Source of the DNA: Pseudomonadota bacterium
Lineage (GTDB): Bacteria; Pseudomonadota; Gammaproteobacteria; Burkholderiales; Usitatibacteraceae
Reading direction: 5' to 3'
Length of the DNA stretch: 64,000 bases
Assembly (NCBI GenBank): GCA_029781595.1
Contig: JAKOWJ010000280.1
Location: 7,042-71,041 of the forward strand
The stretch's first letter is position 1. Every line of letters starts with the position of its first letter. The position numbers were made by a program, and so were the translations under genes. The notes below the pieces were generated by a model, which saw nothing but the letters and a program-made list of their open reading frames with translations, searched no databases and was not told where the DNA came from. Shown in pieces: positions 1 to 13,155 of this stretch.

Positions 1-602
1 CGCGTCTCGGAGACGATGGCCGAGACGTCGGAGGCGAGGAAGTTCTCGCCCTCGCCCAGCCCCACGACCAGCGGGCAGCCCATGCGCGCGCCGACGACGG
101 TCTCCGGGTCGCCCAGGGCCACGACGCCGATGGCGTAGGCGCCGCGCAGGTCGCGCGCGGCGAGCTGCGTGGCGCGGAAGAGGTCGTGCCCGTCCCGGAA
201 GTAGTGGTGGACGAGGTGCGCGATCACCTCGGTGTCGGTCTGCGAGTCGAACGCGTAGCCCAGCGCCTTGAGGCGCTCGCGCTGCTCCTCGTGGTTCTCG
301 ATGATGCCGTTGTGCACCAGCGCGATCTCGCCGGAGGAGACGAGGGGGTGCGCGTTGGGCTCGGTGACGCCCCCGTGCGTGGCCCAGCGCGTGTGGGCGA
401 TGCCCACCATGCCGGAGAGGCCCTCGGCCTGCACGGCCTGCTGCATCTCGGCCACGCGGCCCACGCGGCGCACGCGCCGGATGCCGCCATTGAGAACCGC
501 AATGCCCGCGGAGTCGTAGCCTCGGTACTCCAGGCGCCGCAGGCCCTCGGTCAGGATGGGGACGACGTTGCGATGGGCGATGGCCCCGACGATGCCGCAC
601 AT
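1..602 (-). CDS. glmS: Glutamine--fructose-6-phosphate aminotransferase GlmS, N-terminal part (gene runs off the window start)
   Basis: Reverse-complement translation from ATG (602-600) gives [40 protein letters not shown]. This is the class-II amidotransferase N-terminus with catalytic Cys2 typical of GlmS. It is absent from the ORF track because it is open at the window edge. Confidence 0.9.
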   Translation of the reverse strand, partial: MCGIVGAIAHRNVVPILTEGLRRLEYRGYDSAGIAVLNGGIRRVRRVGRVAEMQQAVQAEGLSGMVGIAHTRWATHGGVTEPNAHPLVSSGEIALVHNGIIENHEEQRERLKALGYAFDSQTDTEVIAHLVHHYFRDGHDLFRATQLAARDLRGAYAIGVVALGDPETVVGARMGCPLVVGLGEGENFLASDVSAIVSET

Positions 603-620
603 GGCCGGGATTTTCTCATG

Positions 621-658
621 AAAAACGAAGCCCTCCGCGGCAGGGCCGGGGAGGGCTT
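621..658 (-). terminator. Rho-independent terminator-like hairpin downstream of the CHASE2 gene, about 20 nt upstream of the glmS ATG
   Basis: On the minus strand AAGCCCTCC (658-650) pairs with GGAGGGCTT (636-628) around a 13-nt loop, followed by CGTTTTT. Confidence 0.5.
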
Positions 659-813
659 AACGCGGGCGACGTGCTCTTGGCCTCACTTCGCCTGCCGATG
701 ACGGGATGAGGAGGAGGCCCGTGCATCTGGGTACCACTGTAGGCGCTCGCGGCCCGCGGCGCGTCGACATACCCCACAGCGGGCGTGCCGAATATCCGAC
801 AGGTTTCCGGCCT

Positions 814-1935
814 TCAGGCCGGGGAGCGCCGGCCCAGGACCCGGCTCACGACGGCGGCGGCGACCAGGGTGGCCAGGATGGCGGCGGGCGGAAGGTGCCA
901 GCCCTGGCGCAGGGCCACGACCATGGCGGTGGCCGTGGCCGCGGCGCCCAGCGCCGCCACCACCGGCGCCATGGGGGGGGCGGACAGGATCACCAGCGCG
1001 GCCGCCGCGATGGCCAGGATCACCAGGGGCAGCGGGACGTCGCGCACGGGGGTGCCGTGCAGGAGCGTGCGCAGCGACTGGGCGTGCGCGAGCACCGCCG
1101 GCGACCGGCTCCCCGGCTGCTCCCATCCCGCGAGCGAGACGGGCTGCGGCACGCGCTCTTCCGGCGCCAGCACCGGCGCGAGGTAGACGACCCGCCCCCG
1201 GAACAGGCGCTCGAGTGCCGCCGCCTCCCGGATCTCCAGCAGGCGCCGCACCGGGATGTAGCGGTACGCCGGGCCCAGCGCGTAGTCGATGCGCCCTTCG
1301 GCGCAGGCGCCGCCCAGCACCGCGCAGAGCCAGCCCGCCGCCGTGGGCCAGGCGCCTTGCTGCGTGGGCAGCGCGAGGTCGAGATGGCGCACGACGCCGT
1401 CGCGGTCGCGCGGCAGCAGCGAGAAGGCCAGGGCCCGGGGCGCGTCCACGCCGCGCAGCAGCGGCTCGTGGATGGGCACCACCTCGCCGCGCCCGTCGAC
1501 CGTGATGCCGATCGCGAGCGGGGCCGCCGCGCGCGTCACCGCGAGGGCGGTGGCGAGCGCGCCGTCCAGGCCCGGCAGGCTCGCCTCCAGGGAGGCGCTC
1601 GGAAGCGGCGCGAGCAGCGCGACCGCGCGCGGGCGACCCTTGGCCACGCGCAGCAGCGTCTCCGGCAGGCGGCGAAGCGCCGCGAGGTCGGGGGGCACGT
1701 CCGAGGCGATGCCCGCATCATCCAGGCCGATCACCACGATGTCGTCGGGCGCGGCCTTCGGGCCCAGCGCGCGCAGCGCGCCGAAGCCCTGGTCGACCGC
1801 CCACTCGCTGGCCTGCTTCGCCCAGGGGGTGAGGTGGAACGCGAGACCCGCGAGCGCGAGCAGGGCGATGGAAATCGATGCCGCGAGGGGCGAGGAGCGT
1901 CGGGGCGTCGCGCGGTCGGGGGCCATGGCCTGCAT
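814..1935 (-). CDS. Membrane protein with CHASE2-like periplasmic sensor domain and no cytoplasmic output domain
   Basis: 373-aa ORF with an N-terminal TM (LAASISIALLALAGLAF). CHASE2-like landmarks are DDIVVIGLDD, DRDGVVRHLDL, YRYIPV and LAHAQSLRTLLHG, followed by three C-terminal TM helices and then the stop. Alternative start is ATG 1926. Confidence 0.6.
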   Translation of the reverse strand: MQAMAPDRATPRRSSPLAASISIALLALAGLAFHLTPWAKQASEWAVDQGFGALRALGPKAAPDDIVVIGLDDAGIASDVPPDLAALRRLPETLLRVAKGRPRAVALLAPLPSASLEASLPGLDGALATALAVTRAAAPLAIGITVDGRGEVVPIHEPLLRGVDAPRALAFSLLPRDRDGVVRHLDLALPTQQGAWPTAAGWLCAVLGGACAEGRIDYALGPAYRYIPVRRLLEIREAAALERLFRGRVVYLAPVLAPEERVPQPVSLAGWEQPGSRSPAVLAHAQSLRTLLHGTPVRDVPLPLVILAIAAAALVILSAPPMAPVVAALGAAATATAMVVALRQGWHLPPAAILATLVAAAVVSRVLGRRSPA

Positions 1936-2000
1936 CTTAACGGCCCGGGGCCCGGGTGCTAGACTCGGCCCTTCCCCGCTATTCCCAGGCGTGCACGACC

Positions 2001-2654
2001 ATGACCGGCGAGCCTCCCAGCCCAGCCCAGTTGGCCGCGATCCCGGACGCCTTCGTGCGGCAGCTCGCGGCGCTGGGCCGGGTGCGCACCTACCCCAAGA
2101 ACACCGTCTTCATCACCGAGGGCGACTCGAGCGACGCGGTGTTCGTGGTGCTCTCCGGCAAGGTGAAGGCCTTCGTCTCCGACAGCGAGGGGCACGAGCT
2201 CATCCTCAACAACCAGGGGCCCGGCGACTACGTCGGCGAGATGGCGCTGGACGGCAAGCCGCGCTCCGCCTCGGTGGTCACGCTCGAGCCCTCGACCTTC
2301 GCGGTGGTGCAGCGCGAGCCGCTGCGCGAGGCGATCCGGCAGAACCCCGATTTCGCCCTCGAGATGATCGGCAAGGTGATCGAGCGGGCGCGCGAGGCCA
2401 CCGACAACGTGAAGAACCTCGCGCTGCTGGACGTGTACGGGCGCGTGGCGCGGCTGCTCCTGAACCTCGCCGTCGAGACGGTGGACGGCAAGCAGCGCAT
2501 CCCGGAGAGGATCACCCAGCAGGAGATCGCCGAGCGCGTGGGCGCCTCGCGCGACATGGTGAGCCGCATCTTCCGCGACCTCACCGTCGGCGGCTACATC
2601 ACCGTCGACAACCGGATCATCACCATCAACAAGAAGCCGCCGGCGAAGTGGTAG
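2001..2654 (+). CDS. CRP/FNR-family transcription regulator (cNMP-binding domain plus C-terminal HTH)
   Basis: Track ORF 1956..2654 starts at a GTG; I prefer ATG 2001. cNMP cassette GEMALDGKPRSASVVT, HTH ITQQEIAERVGASRDMVSRIFRDL, no FNR-type Cys cluster. Divergent from the CHASE2 gene. Confidence 0.85.
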   Translation: MTGEPPSPAQLAAIPDAFVRQLAALGRVRTYPKNTVFITEGDSSDAVFVVLSGKVKAFVSDSEGHELILNNQGPGDYVGEMALDGKPRSASVVTLEPSTFAVVQREPLREAIRQNPDFALEMIGKVIERAREATDNVKNLALLDVYGRVARLLLNLAVETVDGKQRIPERITQQEIAERVGASRDMVSRIFRDLTVGGYITVDNRIITINKKPPAKW

Positions 2655-2671
2655 GCGGCGGGAACGATGTT
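2636..2671. repeat. Copy 1 of a 36-bp imperfect direct repeat (covers the last codons and stop of the CRP-like gene)
   Basis: gccgccggcgaagtggtaggcggcgggaacgatgtt matches 2735-2770 at 31 of 36 positions. The copies are offset by 99 bp. Confidence 0.8.
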
Positions 2672-2734
2672 CGACCGGTCGGCAGGCCGCCGGTCAACAT
2701 CGGCGAGCGGCAGTCTCCGTTTCGGGCGTTCGAG

Positions 2735-2770
2735 GCCGCCGGCGAAGCGGTGAGCGGCGGGAACGCTATT
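2735..2770. repeat. Copy 2 of the 36-bp direct repeat (ends on the glmU stop codon on the opposite strand)
   Basis: gccgccggcgaagcggtgagcggcgggaacgctatt. See copy 1. Confidence 0.8.
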
Positions 2771-4133
2771 TCCTCGGCCGCTTCCAGCCGGGCTTGGAGA
2801 CCTGCTTCGCCTCGGTGAGCGTGAGCCCGCCCGGCGGCACGTCCTTCACGATGGTGGCGCCCGCGCCCACGGTGGCGCCCTTGCCGACGGTCACGGGCGC
2901 GACGAGCTGCACGTCCGAGCCGATGTGCACGTCGTCCTCGATCACCGTGCGGTGCTTGTTCGCGCCGTCGTAGTTGCAGGTGATGGTGCCGGCGCCGATG
3001 TTCACGTCGCGGCCCACCGTGGCGTCGCCCACGTAGGCGAGGTGGTTGGCCTTGCTGCCGCGGCCCAGGGTGCTCGCCTTCACCTCGACGAAGTTGCCGA
3101 CGTGCACCTCGTCGGCGAGCTCGGTGCCCGGGCGGATGCGCGCGTAGGGGCCGATGCGCGCCCGCTCGCCCACGCTCGCCTCCTCCAGCACGCAGTACGG
3201 GCGGATCTCGGTGCCGGCGCCCACGCTCACCTCGCGCAGCACGCAGCCTGCGCCCACGCTCACCCCGTCGCCCAGCGTGACGCGCCCCTCGAAGAGGCAG
3301 TTCGCGTCGATGAAGACGTCCTCGCCGCAGGCGAGCTCGCCGCGCACGTCGAGGCGCGCCGGGTCCGCGAGCGTGACGCCCGCGTCCAGGAGCGCATTGG
3401 CGCGGTCGAGCTGCACCAGGCGCTCGAGGCGCGCCAGCTCGCGCTTGGAGTTGACGCCCAGGCACTCGGTGGCCGACTGCGGGCGGCGCACGGCCACCGG
3501 GCAGCCGTCGGCCACCGCGGCGCCGACGATGTCCGTGAGGTAGTACTCGCCCTGCACGTTGGCGTTGCCGATGCTCTCGAGCCACTTCTCCAGCCGCGCG
3601 AAGGGCGCGGCCACGACACCGGTGTTCACCTCGCGGATGGCTCGCTCGGCTTCGGTGGCGTCCCGCTCCTCGACGATGCGCGCCACGCGCCCGGAGCCGT
3701 CGCGCACCACGCGGCCGTAGCCCCTGGGGTCGTCGACCTCCTGCGTGAGGATCGCGAGCTGGTTCTCGGCGGCCGCGTCCACCAGCGAGCGAAGCGTGCC
3801 GGTGGCGATGCGTGGCACGTCGCCGTAGAGCACCAGGACCACGCCGGACCTCTCGAGGCGGGGCATCGCCTGCATGACCGCGTGCGCGGTGCCGAGCTGG
3901 CGATCCTGGACGACCCAGGCGACATCCGGCGCATCCAGGCGCGCGGCCACCGCCTCTCCCCCGTGGCCGATCACGACCGCGAGGCGCCCGGGCGCCAGGC
4001 GCCGCGCCGACTCCAGCACGTGCAGCAGCATGGGCCGGCCGGCCAGCGGGTGCAGGACCTTGGGCAGGCGCGAGTGCATGCGCTTGCCCTTGCCGGCGGC
4101 GAGAACGACGACCTGGAGCGGTTGGGTGGTCAT
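2766..4133 (-). CDS. glmU: Bifunctional UDP-N-acetylglucosamine pyrophosphorylase / glucosamine-1-phosphate N-acetyltransferase
   Basis: Track ORF 2766..4154. Start set to ATG 4133 ([19 protein letters not shown], the GlmU LAAGKGxRM loop). C-terminal hexapeptide-repeat region. Located right after atpC. Confidence 0.95.
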   Translation of the reverse strand: MTTQPLQVVVLAAGKGKRMHSRLPKVLHPLAGRPMLLHVLESARRLAPGRLAVVIGHGGEAVAARLDAPDVAWVVQDRQLGTAHAVMQAMPRLERSGVVLVLYGDVPRIATGTLRSLVDAAAENQLAILTQEVDDPRGYGRVVRDGSGRVARIVEERDATEAERAIREVNTGVVAAPFARLEKWLESIGNANVQGEYYLTDIVGAAVADGCPVAVRRPQSATECLGVNSKRELARLERLVQLDRANALLDAGVTLADPARLDVRGELACGEDVFIDANCLFEGRVTLGDGVSVGAGCVLREVSVGAGTEIRPYCVLEEASVGERARIGPYARIRPGTELADEVHVGNFVEVKASTLGRGSKANHLAYVGDATVGRDVNIGAGTITCNYDGANKHRTVIEDDVHIGSDVQLVAPVTVGKGATVGAGATIVKDVPPGGLTLTEAKQVSKPGWKRPRK

Positions 4134-4152
4134 GCGGGCGATGCGACGGGGC

Positions 4153-4185
4153 AAATAAAAAGGGCAGGATCGCTCGATCCTGCCC
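4153..4185 (-). terminator. Strong Rho-independent terminator after the atp operon, ending about 20 nt before the glmU ATG
   Basis: On the minus strand GGGCAGGATCG (4185-4175) pairs perfectly with CGATCCTGCCC (4172-4162), followed by TTTTTATTTG. Confidence 0.75.
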
Positions 4186-4293
4186 GAACATGTTGCGCCT
4201 CTAAATCAAGGAGCTTCGTGATCTCCCCCTCAACCCAGACATCGGACCCGGTTCGGCCGGGGCCCGCTGCTTCGGTCCTGCCTCGAGTACGGC

Positions 4294-4316
4294 GCGAGAC
4301 AGGTGCCATTGTATCA
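4294..4316 (-). promoter_or_regulatory. Candidate promoter in the atpC-glmU spacer (extended -10 TGaTACAAT overlapping a sigma-54-like TGGCAC-N5-TCGC)
   Basis: Minus strand reads GTGATACAATGGCACCTGTCTCGCG. The GG-N10-GC spacing matches the sigma-54 consensus TGGCACG-N4-TTGC with mismatches at two of the specified positions. Sequence match only. Confidence 0.3.
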
Positions 4317-4348
4317 CGGCGGGGTCGCCCGGCCGACCCCCGCGGCCG

Positions 4349-4771
4349 CTAGCGGACCTGCCGCAGCCGCTTGATGGCGGCGAGCTGGGCCACGGACTCG
4401 GCCAGCACCGCCTGCGCCTCGGCGATCTCCATGTCGCCGGTGCGGTTGTTCAGCGCCTCCTCGGCCGCGCGCTTGGCCTCGAGGGCCTTGGCCTCGTCCA
4501 GGTTCTCGGCGCGCACCGACGTGTCGGCCAGCACCGTCACCACGTGCGGCTGGATCTCCATCATGCCGCCGGAGACGTAGATGATCTCCTCGCGCTCCTC
4601 GCCGGGCCGCTTGATGCGCACGGTGCCCGGGCGGATGCGCGTGAGGAGCGCGGCGTGCTCGGGCAGCACGCCCAGCTCGCCCGCCTCGCCGGGCGCCACG
4701 ATCATCTCGGCCTCGCCGGAGAAGATCGCCTGCTCGGCGCTGACGATGTCGACGTGAAGGGTCTTGGCCAT
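4349..4771 (-). CDS. atpC: F0F1 ATP synthase subunit epsilon
   Basis: 140-aa ORF. The length and its position as last gene after atpD fit the epsilon subunit. Confidence 0.9.
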   Translation of the reverse strand: MAKTLHVDIVSAEQAIFSGEAEMIVAPGEAGELGVLPEHAALLTRIRPGTVRIKRPGEEREEIIYVSGGMMEIQPHVVTVLADTSVRAENLDEAKALEAKRAAEEALNNRTGDMEIAEAQAVLAESVAQLAAIKRLRQVR

Positions 4772-4777
4772 GGCGGC

Positions 4778-6265
<1,488 letters not shown>

Positions 6266-7141
6266 TCAGACCGCGGCCGCGCCGCCGACGATCTCCGAGA
6301 GCTCCTTGGTGATCGCCGCCTGGCGGGACTTGTTGTAGACGAGGGTGAGCTGGTCGATCACGCTCGAGGCGTTGTCGCTGGCGGCCTTCATGGCCACCAT
6401 GCGCGCCGACTGCTCGCTGGCGATGTTCTCGGCGAGCGCGCCGTAGACGATGGACTCGAGGTAGCGGGTGAGCAGCTGGTCCAGCACGGTCTTCGCGTCC
6501 GGCTCGTACAGGTAGTCCCAGCCGCCGCGCGTGGTGCGGTCGGTGGCCTCCAGGCGCGCGGCGTTGAGCGGCAGCAGCTGCTCGACCACCGGCTCCTGCT
6601 TCATCGTGTTGATGAAGCGCGTGTAGATCACGAAGATGGCGCCGATCTCGCCCTTGTTGTAGGCCTCGACCATCACGCGCACGGGGCCCACGAGCCTGTC
6701 CAGGTGGGGCGTGTCGCCGACGTGCGTGAGGTGCGAGACGACCTGCCCGCCCACGCGCTGCAGGAACGAGAAGCCCTTGTTGCCGAAGGCGGTGTAGCGG
6801 ACCTTGCGGCCTTCCTCCTGCCACTCCTTCACCTTGCCCGTGAGCAGGCGAAGGGCGTTCGTGTTCAGGCCCCCGCACAGCCCCTTGTCGGAGGTGACGA
6901 GGATCACGCCCACGTCCTTCACGTCCTCGCGCCGCACCAGGTACGGGTGCCGGTACTCGGGATTGGCGCTGGCCAGGTGCGCGGCGATGTTGCGGATCTT
7001 GTCGCCGTAGGGGCGCGAGTGGCGCATGCGCTCCTGGGCCTTCCTCATCTTGGAGGCCGCGACCATCTCCATGGCCTTGGTGATCTTGCGCGTGTTCTGC
7101 ACGCTCTTGATCTTGGTGCGGATTTCCTTGGAGCCGGCCAT
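6266..7141 (-). CDS. atpG: F0F1 ATP synthase subunit gamma
   Basis: 291 aa. N-terminal [36 protein letters not shown] is the canonical gamma start. Confidence 0.95.
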   Translation of the reverse strand: MAGSKEIRTKIKSVQNTRKITKAMEMVAASKMRKAQERMRHSRPYGDKIRNIAAHLASANPEYRHPYLVRREDVKDVGVILVTSDKGLCGGLNTNALRLLTGKVKEWQEEGRKVRYTAFGNKGFSFLQRVGGQVVSHLTHVGDTPHLDRLVGPVRVMVEAYNKGEIGAIFVIYTRFINTMKQEPVVEQLLPLNAARLEATDRTTRGGWDYLYEPDAKTVLDQLLTRYLESIVYGALAENIASEQSARMVAMKAASDNASSVIDQLTLVYNKSRQAAITKELSEIVGGAAAV

Positions 7142-7253
7142 CTCGTCGCCCTTGTTTGCCGGTCGCCCGGCGCGATCCCTGCGGTGTTCCTGCCTGGTCG
7201 TGTTGAGCGGCGCCTAGAGCGCCCGCTCCAACACGGTTCCCGATGCCTGCCGT

Positions 7254-8795
<1,542 letters not shown>

Positions 8796-8823
8796 GGAAA
8801 GCTCCGGAAACGGTTGTGCTGCT

Positions 8824-9360
8824 TCAGTGCGCGAGAGCGACGGACATCTGCTCGAGCGCGTCGCGCATGGAGGCGTGGATCACCTCGTCGCCGACGTGGA
8901 TGCGTGCGCCGCCGATGAGCGAGGCGTCGATCTCCACCGTCGCCTCGATCGTGCGGCCGTACTTGCGGCCAATGGCCGCCACCAGGTCGTCGCGCTCGGC
9001 GCCGGCGAGCTCGCGCGCGCTCACGATGCGCACCTTGAGGACGGCGTCGTGCGCGCGCTTGAGCGACTCGAACTGGGCGGCGATCTCCGGAAGGAGCGAG
9101 GCGCGCGCGCCCTCGACCAGGATCGTCACGAGGTTGCGCACGGGCGCGGGCAGGCCTTCGCCGCCCACGCCGAAGAACACCTCGAGCTTCTGGGCCCGGG
9201 TGAGGCGCGGGTTGCCCAGGGCGTCCGCCATGCGGGGCTCGGCGGCGATCTGGCCGGCGAGCGAGAGCGCGGCGGACCAGCCGCGAAGGTCCCGGGCCTC
9301 GAGCGCCGAGCGGAAGGCGGCCTCGGCGTAGGGGCGGGCGAGGGTGGCGATCTCGGCCAT
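8824..9360 (-). CDS. atpH: F0F1 ATP synthase subunit delta
   Basis: 178 aa (OSCP/delta length) lying between atpF and atpA. Confidence 0.85.
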   Translation of the reverse strand: MAEIATLARPYAEAAFRSALEARDLRGWSAALSLAGQIAAEPRMADALGNPRLTRAQKLEVFFGVGGEGLPAPVRNLVTILVEGARASLLPEIAAQFESLKRAHDAVLKVRIVSARELAGAERDDLVAAIGRKYGRTIEATVEIDASLIGGARIHVGDEVIHASMRDALEQMSVALAH

Positions 9361-9368
9361 GGCGGCTC

Positions 9369-9839
9369 CTAGAGCTGCGCCTTGAGCTTGCCGAGCATCT
9401 CGGCGTGCGCCCGGGCGTCGACCTCGCGCTGCAGGATCTTCTCCGCGCCGGCGACGGCGAGGGAGGCGACCTGCTCGCGCAGCTCCGTCTTGGCCTTGGC
9501 GAGCTCGGAGGCGATCTGCTCTCGCGCGCCGGCGATCATGCGGTCGGCCTCGGCCTTGGCGGCGTCGCGGGCTTCCTCGATGATCTGCGCGGCCCGCTTC
9601 TCGGTCTCGCCCAGCATCGTGGAGGCGCGCTCGCGCGCGGCCTTCACCTCGGCGTCGCCCTTGCGCTCGGCCTCGACGAGGGCCGCCTTGCCCTTCTCGG
9701 CGGCCGCCAGGCCGTCGGAGATGCGCCTGTTGCGCTCCTCGATGGCGTTGGCGAGCGGCGGCCAGATGAACTTGGCCGCGAACCAGATGAGCAGCGCGAA
9801 GGAGAGTGCCTGGACGAACAGGGTCGCGGTGATGTTCAT
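9369..9839 (-). CDS. atpF: F0F1 ATP synthase subunit b
   Basis: 156 aa with a single N-terminal TM followed by a long charged Ala/Glu/Lys-rich helix. Confidence 0.85.
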   Translation of the reverse strand: MNITATLFVQALSFALLIWFAAKFIWPPLANAIEERNRRISDGLAAAEKGKAALVEAERKGDAEVKAARERASTMLGETEKRAAQIIEEARDAAKAEADRMIAGAREQIASELAKAKTELREQVASLAVAGAEKILQREVDARAHAEMLGKLKAQL

Positions 9840-9867
9840 GGCAACGGCCCTTTCGTGGATCCCGGAG

Positions 9868-11465
<1,598 letters not shown>

Positions 11466-11497
11466 TCAAAAGTTGCCGCAACGCAATATCGGGGCCC

Positions 11498-12355
11498 TCA
11501 GCGCCGCCGCAGGCGGGCGACGATGCCGTCCAGCTGCTCCAGGCTGGCGTAGCCGATCACGACGGTTCCCTTGCCCGAGGCGCGGGGCTTGAGGGTCACG
11601 GAAGCGCCCAGCGATTCGCTCAGCTCCTCCTGCAGCCGCCGGGCGTCCGCGTCGAGCCGGCCCGGGGCGCTCTTGCCGCCGGCCTTGGGAGGGTGGGCGA
11701 CGTGCTGCACCAGGCGCTCGGTCTCGCGCACCGAAAGGCCCCTGGCGGCCACCTGCTCGGCGAGCTCGACCTGCTTCGCCTTGCCCACACCCAGGAGCGC
11801 GCGCGCGTGCCCCATGTCCAGGCGCCCTTCCTGCAGCATGTCCTGGACGGGACGGGCCAGCTCCAGCAGGCGCAGCAGGTTGGTCACCGCGCTGCGCGAG
11901 CGGCCGACCGCCTTGGCCACCTCGTCGTGGGTGAGGCGGAACTCGTCGATGAGGCGCTTGAGGCCCGCCGACTCCTCGATGGGGTTGAGGTCCTCGCGCT
12001 GGATGTTCTCGATGAGTCCGATGCCCAGGGCCGCCTCGTCCGGCACTTCCCGCACCAGGGCGGGGATGCGCTCGAGTCCCGCGAGCTGCGCCGCGCGCCA
12101 GCGGCGCTCGCCCGCCAGGATCTCGTAGCCGCCGTCGTCGACGGGTCGCACCACCACGGGCTGCAGGACGCCGCGGGCCCGGATGGACTCCGCGAGCTCG
12201 GCGAGGGAGGCCTGGTCCATGCGCGTGCGCGGCTGGTACTTGCCGGGCCGGAGCGAACCCACGGCGAGCTGCGAGAGCTCGCCGTCCGCCCGCGGCCGGG
12301 TGCCGCCGCCGAGGAGCGCGTCCAGGCCCCGTCCGAGCCCCTTGTGCTTGGTCAT
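11498..12355 (-). CDS. parB: Chromosome partitioning protein ParB
   Basis: Start set to ATG 12355 (MTKHKGLGRGLDALLGG). ParB box LAGERRWRAAQLAG. Overlaps the parA stop by 4 bp. Confidence 0.93.
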   Translation of the reverse strand: MTKHKGLGRGLDALLGGGTRPRADGELSQLAVGSLRPGKYQPRTRMDQASLAELAESIRARGVLQPVVVRPVDDGGYEILAGERRWRAAQLAGLERIPALVREVPDEAALGIGLIENIQREDLNPIEESAGLKRLIDEFRLTHDEVAKAVGRSRSAVTNLLRLLELARPVQDMLQEGRLDMGHARALLGVGKAKQVELAEQVAARGLSVRETERLVQHVAHPPKAGGKSAPGRLDADARRLQEELSESLGASVTLKPRASGKGTVVIGYASLEQLDGIVARLRRR

Positions 12356-13155
12356 GCGGGTTCCGCCTTTTCGAGAGTGGAGGCGTCCACGGGCGAGCCG
12401 CTGCGGGCGAGCAGCTCGCGCGCGAACGCGAGGTGGGCGTGGGCGCCCTTGGAGGCCGGGTCGTGCAGCAGCACGGGCTTGCCGAAGGAGGGCGCCTCGG
12501 CGATGCGGATGTTGCGGGGGATGACGGTGTCGAACACCTTGTCGCCGTAGTGGCGCTTGAGCTCGTCCGAGACCTGCACCGTGAGCGTGCTGCGCGGGTC
12601 GTACATCGTGCGCACCAGCGCCTCGATCTCGATGCGCGGGTTGAGGTTCTGCTTCACCTTGCGCAGCGTCCCCACCAGGTCCGACAGGCCCTCCAGCGCG
12701 TAGTACTCGCACTGCATCGGGATGATCACCGCGTCGGCGGCCGTGAAGCCGTTCACCGTGAGCATGTTGAGGGCGGGCGGGCAGTCGATCACCACGTAGT
12801 CGTAGTCGTCGCGCACCGGCGCCAGCGCCTCGCGCAGCCGGTACTCGCGCCGCTCCAGCCCGATCAGCTCCACCTCCGCGCCCGCGAGCTCGCGGTTGGA
12901 GCCGACGACGTCGTAGCCGCCCTCGGCCGGCAGCCGCGCCTCGGCCACGCCGTGCTCGCCCAGCACCACGCCGTAGACGTGGCGCTCGAGCGCGGCCTTG
13001 TCGATGCCGCTGCCCGTGGTGGCGTTGCCCTGCGGGTCCAGGTCCACGAGCAGCACGCGCCGCCCGTAGTGCGCGAGGCTCGCGCAGAGGTTCACGGCGA
13101 TGGAGGTCTTGCCGACGCCACCCTTCTGGTTGGCGATCACGTACGTGCGGGCCAT
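12352..13155 (-). CDS. parA: Chromosome partitioning ATPase ParA (Soj)
   Basis: Start set to ATG 13155 ([17 protein letters not shown], deviant Walker A). 267 aa. Confidence 0.93.
   Translation of the reverse strand: MARTYVIANQKGGVGKTSIAVNLCASLAHYGRRVLLVDLDPQGNATTGSGIDKAALERHVYGVVLGEHGVAEARLPAEGGYDVVGSNRELAGAEVELIGLERREYRLREALAPVRDDYDYVVIDCPPALNMLTVNGFTAADAVIIPMQCEYYALEGLSDLVGTLRKVKQNLNPRIEIEALVRTMYDPRSTLTVQVSDELKRHYGDKVFDTVIPRNIRIAEAPSFGKPVLLHDPASKGAHAHLAFARELLARSGSPVDASTLEKAEPA

Noticed and set aside
603-813. Possible glmS ribozyme, because AGCGCC occurs in the glmS upstream spacer.
   Set aside because: Only the trivial GC-rich hexamer matches. The conserved core elements such as GACGAGGA and the pseudoknot segments are not present, and the ribozyme is not expected in this lineage.
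973-980. G8 homopolymer inside the CHASE2 gene (and G7 at 61963-61969) as phase-variation switches.
   Set aside because: The tracts are at or below the length at which slippage is usually significant, and such runs arise by chance in GC-rich DNA. They are noted but not called contingency loci.
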